Source: a virus | IMG/VR virus record: IMGVR_UViG_3300031576_000026 | Location: 1-64,000 of that record | Strand: one strand, 5' to 3' | Length of the DNA stretch: 64,000 bases | Shown here: positions 56,227-64,000 of the stretch, piece by piece | Numbering within the stretch: position 1 is the first letter of the stretch | Layout of the letters: the number at the start of each line of letters is the position of its first letter | The notes under the pieces: generated by a model | The model's input: only the letters and a program-made list of their open reading frames with translations | Databases searched by the model: none | Told to the model about the DNA's origin: nothing | Position numbers and translations under genes: made by a program

Positions 56227-56403
56227 TTATTCTCTTCGATATTCTAGATATAGGTTAGCATCAATCACAACTTCTTCTCCGGTATCTTCTGATGTAAACT
56301 TAATCCATATACATTCTTTATCATGGTATAATACCAACATTCCTCCCCAACCAAATCCTGGCCATTGGCCATATAGATCATAATATCGTTTCTGGACTTC
56401 CAT
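56227..56403 (-). CDS. small hypothetical protein (58 aa)
   Basis: Manual translation MEVQKRYYDLYGQWPGFGWGG...; TAATG coupling. Confidence 0.5.
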   Translation of the reverse strand: MEVQKRYYDLYGQWPGFGWGGMLVLYHDKECIWIKFTSEDTGEEVVIDANLYLEYRRE

Positions 56404-57515
56404 TAATGAAATTCCGTTCCATTTTTTAATAAATAATAATCGGGATTTATCATCTTAACGATTTTTCTTCCTATTGGAGATATCTTCTCATTAATAGATT
56501 TAATAACTAATCCTTCATTCGTTTCATTTGATAATGGGTTTTGTCCAACTAAAATATTAGCCTGATTAATGTTAAAAGGCCCCACATATACAATTGGAAC
56601 TACGGGTAATTCCATGCGTTCTGCCATATCAATAAAATCCCAATGATCTAAATATTTATGTGTTCCATCTTCATCCACAAACATTATATCAAAGATATAT
56701 AATTTGTATTCTCCTCTAGCACATCCATAATTAAAATTCTTCTGTATTCCGTCTCCGACTATTTCTCCATATACCACATATCCTTCTGGGATTTTAGCAT
56801 CAAGATTATACTGTCTAAATATTTTACTATATACATCCTCTTCATAAAATCCCTTATGTTCTGATTTATCATGTATTTGAACATTATGGCTACCCCAAAC
56901 AAATTGCCATTTAGGTAAAAAACCAAAGAACTTTAGGATTTTTCTATATAGGGTATTTGCATCAAAAGGAACCCAGCCATATCTGGCATTGGTACCATGT
57001 AGTTTAGTAGTCATGACTACTGGTTCATTCTCAGTGAATAGATTGTTATACCACTTAATATTTTCTATATCGGTATATTTGCAAAAATATCTATTTGATT
57101 GTTTTTTAGATTTTTTTACATTGAGTTTACTTGGTAAGGATTCTTTAGCTGGTTCATATTTTTTTACTTGAAGAATTGAGGATACATCTTCTTCTAATTT
57201 ACAATTTTTATCGATAACTAATCCGGTATGATGCAAATCAACAATCATTCCTTGTGAGATAGCCCCTCTTATTTTTATTGATTTTACTCTAGATTTGGTT
57301 AATTTGATTTTAGAATCCGGAGGAAATAGTTTTTCTTCTAGATCCACAGGTAGAATAGAATCCACTGGAATATAGATAATAGGTTGACCCACCTTGTATA
57401 AATCCTTCTGTATTACTACCATCCAATCATATATTTTGGCAACAGATAAACGATCTGCATTTGGATGTGGTAAGATATCCTGAATTGTGGTTACTGGTAC
57501 TTTAAACGTACTCAC
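56403..57515 (-). CDS. RNA ligase (DRB0094/Rnl5-like) with N-terminal OB domain
   Basis: HPNADRL, KLHGTN (motif I), GEIVG.GIQ, IFDI, EGLVIK, K.INPDY. Confidence 0.85.
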   Translation of the reverse strand: MSTFKVPVTTIQDILPHPNADRLSVAKIYDWMVVIQKDLYKVGQPIIYIPVDSILPVDLEEKLFPPDSKIKLTKSRVKSIKIRGAISQGMIVDLHHTGLVIDKNCKLEEDVSSILQVKKYEPAKESLPSKLNVKKSKKQSNRYFCKYTDIENIKWYNNLFTENEPVVMTTKLHGTNARYGWVPFDANTLYRKILKFFGFLPKWQFVWGSHNVQIHDKSEHKGFYEEDVYSKIFRQYNLDAKIPEGYVVYGEIVGDGIQKNFNYGCARGEYKLYIFDIMFVDEDGTHKYLDHWDFIDMAERMELPVVPIVYVGPFNINQANILVGQNPLSNETNEGLVIKSINEKISPIGRKIVKMINPDYYLLKNGTEFH

Positions 57516-57880
57516 GCAGTCTCCTTATTGAAACCATTGGAATTTGAGTAATAAATATTCTTAATGCCGACATCTTTTATGAGCTGAAAACAAAAGGAGC
57601 AAGGCTTAGCTAAAGCCATCTGACTTGTTTTAGTTTCTCGGTAAACATATATATCACATCCATTCAGATCTTCTCTTCCAGCATTAAGAATTGCGTCTAA
57701 TTCAGCATGCAGCGTTTTCCATTTATTATTACTGCGCCTGTGTGTTCTATTCTTATTGAACCCCATTCCTATGATCTTATTCCCTTTAACTATAATAGCC
57801 CCCAATTTATGGGGTTTATAATTGCTCTTATAACTTAATTTTCTGGCTACATCAAAAAATCTAACCTTCATAATATCCAA
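57512..57880 (-). CDS. Zn-dependent cytidine/dCMP deaminase-family protein
   Basis: HAE ... KPCSFC. Confidence 0.85.
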   Translation of the reverse strand: MDIMKVRFFDVARKLSYKSNYKPHKLGAIIVKGNKIIGMGFNKNRTHRRSNNKWKTLHAELDAILNAGREDLNGCDIYVYRETKTSQMALAKPCSFCFQLIKDVGIKNIYYSNSNGFNKETA

Positions 57881-60636
57881 TCAATCGGTTTTACTTTATG
57901 CTTTGCAAGCCAATCATTGGTTTTTGAGAAATACTTTCCGCCTAGAAATCCTCCAGATTGATTTAAAGGAGAAGGATGATTTCCAGTTAATACCATTATT
58001 TTATCATGAATGGCTAATTTTGTCAATTTATCTTTAGCATATTTTCCCCAACATATAATAACTATAGGTTTTTTCAAGTTAACTAATTTCTTTAAAACAC
58101 AATCAGTGTATTGTTCCCAACCAATATTTGAATGTGACAAAGACTTTTCCTCTTCTATAGTTAAAATACTATTTAATAATAATACTCCTTGACTTGCCCA
58201 TGGACTAAGATCTCCACTAGAAGGAAAATTAATGTTTAGATCGGCTTGAAGTTCTTTAAATACATTTTTTAATGAGGCTGGAATTTTAGAATGACTAACA
58301 GAAAATGCTAACCCACAAGCATCTTTCTTGTTGGGATAAGGATCTTGACCTATAATAACCACTTTGGTTTTATCTGGGTTAAAATACTCAAATGCTTTAA
58401 AAATTTTATCCTTTCCCGGTAATATTGATTTTCCTGAAGATTCTTCTTTTTGAATAAAATCCAATGCTTTGGTTTTATACAAGCTCATTTCAAATTTAAG
58501 TAATTGATTTTGATGTTTTTTTAATGAATAATTAGGAAAAATTTTAGTGTCTAAAATAGTTGAAAATCTTTGTGCTGTTTTATGAAGCTTTTCCAAGAAT
58601 TTAGATTTACTATGATCACCATCGAAATCTTCTATTAGTGCTAAACTATTATCTGTTTTAAAATAACAATAAATCCTATCTCCTTCCACATAATCTGTTT
58701 CTTCTATTGCATCTCTAACTTTTGACTCATTGGTTCTTTCGGATGTTAAAGTTTTATCTGAAATAGTCATCCGTTTAACCCAGCGCTTAATATCTTTAAT
58801 ATCAAGTATTTCTTTAACATAATCTTCATAAATTTTCAAATAGCCATGTGTTTCTTTTATAATACCACCAACGATTTTCTCTAGAAATTCTCTGAGGGCT
58901 GGTTCTAGAGTGGGGCTTTTTAAAGCAGATCCTTTATATTTAATATCTCCATTTTCTTTATGAAGAACATAATTTTTACTTTTGATAACAATAAATTTCG
59001 GATAAAATCCATCATCGTCCCATCTAATTGTCTGAGGAAAATTCCCAGATAGTTCATCTTTTAATAATATTCTTTGTTCCTTATGTATAAAAGATCCATC
59101 CATATGGCCAAAAGATATACTATCTGTATCAACATTTGCTATGAGCATATTTCTAGAATTTACCCAGTCAATTCCCCTTTGTAATATCTCTCTGCCGTAA
59201 CGAGTAACCGTGGCTGCTCCTTCTCCATAATTAAAAGCCAATCCCGGAGCACCCATAAATCCATATAAAGAATTAATAAATATCTTTTCAGATTGCTCTA
59301 GATGTTTATAATAATCTTCTCCGGTATCTTGGGCAAGCCCTTTGTTTTTTAATCTCTCAGTTCTAAAATATTCTACTAAGTTTAAAAAATATTTATCGGG
59401 ATCTTTTTTCTCCGGATAGATTTTATATTCCATCATAATAGACGGATAAAGAGAAGCTATGTCAAGTTTTAAAATATTATTAAATATTCCCGGATTACCC
59501 CAAGAAATTGCTCCTTCAAATTCTGGTATAATATCAGCTTTGGGAATAGAGTGATCTTTCTGTAAATAAGATCTTAACATTATAGAATTTAATTGACTTC
59601 CGCTCGCACTCTGCATTGTGGCTTGGAAAGATTTGGGTATACTTTGAGCCATATAGAAATATGGAGGTATAAATTTATCAAAAAGAGTAAGAGAATCATC
59701 TGCATCGTGTATACAATAATCTTTAATTTTATCCCATTCTTGGGTTATTTTATAATTATCCCTTATTCGGGATGCATCATAAAAGACACGATCTTTATTT
59801 TCCCAGCCTTCTTGTTTAATAATTGCTTTTAATCCATAACTATCATATTTTTTTTCAACACTGTCGGCTTTGATAGCCAAAAACATTGTATCTATTATAT
59901 TTCTGCCATATATATAACAATCATGATAATGTAAATCTCTATTTCCGTCTACACGAAAATCTGATTGATATTTATCATTTATTTTCAGGCTGCTGCCATC
60001 CCTACCTATATCTAAACTTATATCGTATTTAGAAGCTATATAATTTAAATAAGGTAAATCATATCCAAAACAATTATGACCGAGAAGAATCGAAGGATCT
60101 ATTTTTCTAACCCAGGAGCACCAATCCTGTATCATGACTCCTTCATCTTCATAATCATCATATGCAAATAGTTTTCTGGTTATTGTATTACATCTCCTGA
60201 ATGTATTTGAAATTAATAGAAGTTTTGCGTCTTCAGTGTGTTTTAATGTCGTTGCTTCAATGTCAAAGGCCAATACGCCTATATCTGAAGGCTTCATATC
60301 TTTAAAATAACCGTAGCCTTCCTTAATCATTAAAGATTCTTTTGAATTATATATAGAAAAAGTATCTTGGCCTTTGTAGTGACGACGACAATCTAGAAAT
60401 TTTCTTTTATTATCATAGTATTGGATAAATCCATAATGTAAATCTCCATTTAATCTTTTCCATTTACCCTCTAATGACTTTGAGGACAATATCCAATATG
60501 TATTAGGAAAAAATTCACTGGTTACGGAACCATCCGGATTTTCTCTAAAAATTTCTACGCTATTATCTTTTGGTTCAATGGCCACGATATAGTTTATTGG
60601 TGATTTGCCAAAGATTAATGAATTGATATTATTCAT
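57868..60636 (-). CDS. family B DNA polymerase fused to a C-terminal family-1 uracil-DNA glycosylase
   Basis: Exo FDIE, HN..GYD, YC..D; Pol DIASLYPS, K.FINSLYG, DTDS; UNG GQDPY, GLAFS, WASQGVLLLN, HPSPL. Confidence 0.92.
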   Translation of the reverse strand: MNNINSLIFGKSPINYIVAIEPKDNSVEIFRENPDGSVTSEFFPNTYWILSSKSLEGKWKRLNGDLHYGFIQYYDNKRKFLDCRRHYKGQDTFSIYNSKESLMIKEGYGYFKDMKPSDIGVLAFDIEATTLKHTEDAKLLLISNTFRRCNTITRKLFAYDDYEDEGVMIQDWCSWVRKIDPSILLGHNCFGYDLPYLNYIASKYDISLDIGRDGSSLKINDKYQSDFRVDGNRDLHYHDCYIYGRNIIDTMFLAIKADSVEKKYDSYGLKAIIKQEGWENKDRVFYDASRIRDNYKITQEWDKIKDYCIHDADDSLTLFDKFIPPYFYMAQSIPKSFQATMQSASGSQLNSIMLRSYLQKDHSIPKADIIPEFEGAISWGNPGIFNNILKLDIASLYPSIMMEYKIYPEKKDPDKYFLNLVEYFRTERLKNKGLAQDTGEDYYKHLEQSEKIFINSLYGFMGAPGLAFNYGEGAATVTRYGREILQRGIDWVNSRNMLIANVDTDSISFGHMDGSFIHKEQRILLKDELSGNFPQTIRWDDDGFYPKFIVIKSKNYVLHKENGDIKYKGSALKSPTLEPALREFLEKIVGGIIKETHGYLKIYEDYVKEILDIKDIKRWVKRMTISDKTLTSERTNESKVRDAIEETDYVEGDRIYCYFKTDNSLALIEDFDGDHSKSKFLEKLHKTAQRFSTILDTKIFPNYSLKKHQNQLLKFEMSLYKTKALDFIQKEESSGKSILPGKDKIFKAFEYFNPDKTKVVIIGQDPYPNKKDACGLAFSVSHSKIPASLKNVFKELQADLNINFPSSGDLSPWASQGVLLLNSILTIEEEKSLSHSNIGWEQYTDCVLKKLVNLKKPIVIICWGKYAKDKLTKLAIHDKIMVLTGNHPSPLNQSGGFLGGKYFSKTNDWLAKHKVKPIDWIL

Positions 60637-62633
60637 TAACTACTCCAATGACTATCTGTGTTATTTTTATTTTCTGATTCCTTTTTTCTTCTTTTCAAGT
60701 CGTCTAATTTCTTTCTTTGTTCTTCCGTTTCAATGCTACTTATAATACCTCTAACTCCATCCCATAAAAAATCACCTTGCCATAAAGATCCAAATCTATT
60801 TTTAACAACAGAGATAGAAGCGAATTTGTCTTCACGGACCGTTGCTGGATTATATCCTTCTCTCCATAATCCTAAAATTAGAGAACAGCTTTGTTCTATT
60901 AAACTAGATCCTTTAACTGCTCTTAGAGTTAAGATTGGATCTGAGATATTGGGAGTAGCATGCTTCTGGGTTTGTAATAACAGTAAAACACAGGCAGACA
61001 TTTCATTAGCTAAATCTTTTAATTGGTTAGCAATAATCCCAGTATTTGCGATTGGATCACTATATGGTCCAGCTATGCATTCTAGATAGTCTACTATGAT
61101 TAATTTTACCTTTTGACTTGTACTTTCCTCGTGTTTTAAAATAATATTTCTCATGTCTGGTATAGTTAATCCAGATTTAAAGTTAAATCCAACATTTTTA
61201 TATTCTTCCTGGATTTGTTTAATAATTTTCTCTTTCTCTTTGGTATTATTCTTAAATACATCTAATACATGTTTAAAACTATGTCCGGTTAATTTTTGAA
61301 CTAACTTTGCGTAAATAATAGGAAGCCCCATATCTAAGCTAAAAAATACAGAACTTATACCGGATAGTGAAGCATTTCTTAAATAATTAAGAGATAGTGA
61401 TGTTTTACCACTTCCCGGAGCACCGACTAGTCCTACTAGGTTATACGCTAATAGCATTGCATTATCATCAAGTTCTTTAAGTCCAGTTTTAATTATATTT
61501 TGCTCATGGTTAACTGCAAAATTCGCAAACTGTTGATTAAATCTATCGAATGTAACACAAGGAGTTTCTTCCTCTTCGTCTGGACATTTATGATTGTCCA
61601 AGCTCTGGCAGTAATCTTTTAACCATCTATTAGATGGTGTATCATCTTTTTTACAACTATGTTGCCCTCCTCTCCAAGTATCTTTAAAGACGGCCCCTTC
61701 GATAATATTATTCCACAGTTCTTCTTTCGAGAACTTATTCTCTCCAGTTCTTTCAACATGTCTTTCAATAGCATCTTTACATAATCTATAAGTTGCGGTA
61801 TTAGAAAACCCCATAGTCCGATAGGTAGATGCTAAAATCATTAAAGCTATATCTCTGCTACCTTCTTGAAAGTAACCTTGCGATAAAGCCCACTTACAGC
61901 TTCTCCAATGCTTAGGTTTTTGTAACCAATCAAGCCCTTCAGTTTTTAGTTGGATGGATCGAACCACGGGAACTATTTGCCCATGTTCAAGCAAAGCTTT
62001 ATTAATTATAAAAGGATGGTACCATTTAATAATATCATCTATTTCTACATCACAATTAGTTTTAGCCAATTCTCTAACTTGATTTGCATCCCAACTATTT
62101 AATTCTGTTAATGTTATTGGAATTTTGTAAAGACCCGAAGCGGCGTGTTTAGAAAATGGAATGCGGAATACTCTTTGATTATCATAAATTTTACTATCAA
62201 ATGTTCGTAACTCTTTCCCTAAATTAGTACAAATTAATCCTACAATATTAACAGGAAGATCTTTATTAAGATCAACCATGACACTGATGCCTTTATGTCC
62301 CGAAAAACATATTTGAATATTCTGTTCTATCATTCCCAAATCAAGCAATTTTTTACAGAGTAGTCTAGCATCATCTATTGCATTTTGAAGATTATCAACA
62401 CTATCAAAATCAAACCAAAGTCTATCTGTTTTACTATCGGTTATTCCAGATAAAGTATGTGTTTTTTGCCATTGCTCATATTGTTCTTGGGTATATTTAG
62501 CCATGGAGATAAACCATGGGTTATTTAGATCTTTAATATGCTTATATGGAGATTCATCGGTGGGAATAAGCCAGTGATATTTTAAATCGGATGTAAGCTT
62601 TCGGTATTCCATAATATATATACATATATACAA
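60636..62633 (-). CDS. AEP primase-polymerase / SF4 (DnaB-like) helicase fusion
   Basis: WFDFD, FSGHKG, R.FRIP.S.H..SGLYKIP; GAPGSGKT, FSLDM, IIVDYL, VKNRFG. Confidence 0.88.
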   Translation of the reverse strand: MYICIYIMEYRKLTSDLKYHWLIPTDESPYKHIKDLNNPWFISMAKYTQEQYEQWQKTHTLSGITDSKTDRLWFDFDSVDNLQNAIDDARLLCKKLLDLGMIEQNIQICFSGHKGISVMVDLNKDLPVNIVGLICTNLGKELRTFDSKIYDNQRVFRIPFSKHAASGLYKIPITLTELNSWDANQVRELAKTNCDVEIDDIIKWYHPFIINKALLEHGQIVPVVRSIQLKTEGLDWLQKPKHWRSCKWALSQGYFQEGSRDIALMILASTYRTMGFSNTATYRLCKDAIERHVERTGENKFSKEELWNNIIEGAVFKDTWRGGQHSCKKDDTPSNRWLKDYCQSLDNHKCPDEEEETPCVTFDRFNQQFANFAVNHEQNIIKTGLKELDDNAMLLAYNLVGLVGAPGSGKTSLSLNYLRNASLSGISSVFFSLDMGLPIIYAKLVQKLTGHSFKHVLDVFKNNTKEKEKIIKQIQEEYKNVGFNFKSGLTIPDMRNIILKHEESTSQKVKLIIVDYLECIAGPYSDPIANTGIIANQLKDLANEMSACVLLLLQTQKHATPNISDPILTLRAVKGSSLIEQSCSLILGLWREGYNPATVREDKFASISVVKNRFGSLWQGDFLWDGVRGIISSIETEEQRKKLDDLKRRKKESENKNNTDSHWSS

Positions 62634-62687
62634 GGGACTGGTGGAGGAATTAAATATACCAGCCCCGACTACTGAAAAGTTTAGTTA

Positions 62688-63014
62688 CTATGGATTAGGA
62701 AGAACTATTTCAAATCTTACGAATTCTGGTAGATTATTAACTCTTTCTTTTTGTTTAATTACATAATCTTCGGTTAGTGTTCCTTGAGAAAGATTATAAT
62801 CTAGTTTAGCTAATTGTGTTTCTCTGGTTTCCAAACGTAGAAGAAGACCGTTTTCATCCATATTCTGAATGGCTGTTAATAGGAATGCCTGTGTCTGCTT
62901 ATCACCCTTTAGACGTATATAATCCATTTTTTTAAATGAATCTGAATTAGTCCCGTTTTTGTCTTTAGGTGGTTTTAGAATACTCCCCACTGTCCATTGC
63001 TTTAGTTTCGACAT
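62688..63014 (-). CDS. hypothetical replication-module protein
   Basis: ORF track; AAGGAG RBS. Confidence 0.6.
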   Translation of the reverse strand: MSKLKQWTVGSILKPPKDKNGTNSDSFKKMDYIRLKGDKQTQAFLLTAIQNMDENGLLLRLETRETQLAKLDYNLSQGTLTEDYVIKQKERVNNLPEFVRFEIVLPNP

Positions 63015-63369
63015 TGTTTATCTCCTTATTTTTTTCATTCGAATCAAGTTTTTGAATTTCTTCTTGTTTACTATATAATAGATGTAAAACTAAGGTTGTT
63101 TTAGCTTCATATAAATGTTGCCCTAATATATAAGCATTTTTTTCATTTTCCGATTTAAGATTCGGAAAATATTCTTCTAACGGATTTGCTATCAAAGCTC
63201 TAATTAATCTTCTTAATGCTTTATTAGACAACTTATCAACTGCCACACAAAATTTGGGAAAAAGATGACCGAATATTCCGCTTGCCGATGTTACTGGATC
63301 AAATTCTGGTGTTGGATTAACTTGAGAATCTACTGTGTTTAATTTTGCTGTTGTTTCTTCAGAAGTCAT
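62965..63369 (-). CDS. hypothetical protein
   Basis: ORF track. Confidence 0.6.
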   Translation of the reverse strand: MTSEETTAKLNTVDSQVNPTPEFDPVTSASGIFGHLFPKFCVAVDKLSNKALRRLIRALIANPLEEYFPNLKSENEKNAYILGQHLYEAKTTLVLHLLYSKQEEIQKLDSNEKNKEINNVETKAMDSGEYSKTT

Positions 63370-63906
63370 TTAATCATCCCACCCATTATTAGAGGCTGAA
63401 GCAACATCAGCCACTACGGGCACTTCCGGTGTTGGGGCAGTGACTGACTTTCTTTTTCTAAAAGAAGTTTCTATTGTGGTTGTTTTATTTTCTGGAGAAC
63501 TTTTGGGAACTGGGGATGCTGATTTTGTATTAGTTACGGGACTGTCTGCCAATCTTTCTCCTTCTTCCAAGTCGCTTATCGCAAATTGAGTACCATATCC
63601 AAGTAAAGCCAAAGCTCTTCCAATAGCTGAAGTTTCTGCCTTTTCAGTGTGATCCGGAAAATCCTTCAGTGTTTCTCGTTTAGTTGCTGTTGCTTTTTTC
63701 ACAACTTTACCTTCATCATTATAAACCGTTACTGTGGCTTTAGCAACGGTTTGTTCATTATCTAATGATAGAAATTCAGTTGCAATATCAAATCTGGTTT
63801 CTTTCTCATTAAACCAAACAAGGCGATGAGCAACTTGAAGATAGTCCTTACCTCTTAGAGAAAGAAGTGGTAGTACTGTCCCTTTTTCTGTTTTAACTGT
63901 GTTCAT
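63370..63906 (-). CDS. Rad52/Sak-like single-strand annealing protein
   Basis: GKDYLQVAHRL.WF...EKAETSAIGRALA.LG.GTQF, disordered tail with acidic end. Confidence 0.65.
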   Translation of the reverse strand: MNTVKTEKGTVLPLLSLRGKDYLQVAHRLVWFNEKETRFDIATEFLSLDNEQTVAKATVTVYNDEGKVVKKATATKRETLKDFPDHTEKAETSAIGRALALLGYGTQFAISDLEEGERLADSPVTNTKSASPVPKSSPENKTTTIETSFRKRKSVTAPTPEVPVVADVASASNNGWDD

Positions 63907-64000
63907 TTAATACCTCTTATTTCTTACCCATATTTAATCACCCAAACAAAATATTACCAACTTCGATGCGAAAAGCTTCCATTGCAAATTCTTTATGTGA

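Noticed and set aside
1-64000. tRNA genes, integrase, introns or inteins
   Set aside because: No cloverleaf or T-loop signatures noticed, no recombinase motifs, and polymerase, helicase and terminase are uninterrupted; a tRNAscan/Infernal run is still needed to be sure

Overview
AT-rich segment of a tailed dsDNA bacteriophage with podovirus-like architecture; no tape measure, sheath, integrase, tRNA or CRISPR array was seen. Layout: (i) 1-4230, minus strand, small early genes including a SAM-lyase-like gene; (ii) 4230-4940, non-coding strand-switch region with three sigma54-type -24/-12 sites, related inverted repeats, a G10 tract and a sigma70 promoter; (iii) 4943-11440, plus-strand accessory genes ([DN]QV tetrapeptide-repeat proteins, LMW-PTP-like, HAD, a ~270-nt structured non-coding element, and a PLP enzyme resembling plant TAA1/alliinase); (iv) 11433-49278, endolysin, terminase, portal, decoration/spike proteins, patatin, trypsin-like protease, small basic proteins, scaffold, major capsid, fibres, adaptor, a 1668-aa nozzle and probable ejection proteins, punctuated by a recurrent TTAACAACTA motif (candidate late promoter); (v) 49273-64000, minus strand lysis, nucleotide metabolism and replication genes (MazG, DUF5664-like, phosphoesterase, AAA+, RNA ligase, Zn deaminase, family B polymerase fused to a family-1 uracil-DNA glycosylase, primase-helicase, Rad52-like annealing protein). 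Best leads: the TAA1/alliinase-like gene, the structured RNA, the PolB-UNG fusion next to a deaminase, a startless -1 frameshift extension, and the sigma54/TTAACAACTA/winged-helix transcription scheme. All assignments come from motif recognition by eye; no database search or folding program was run.
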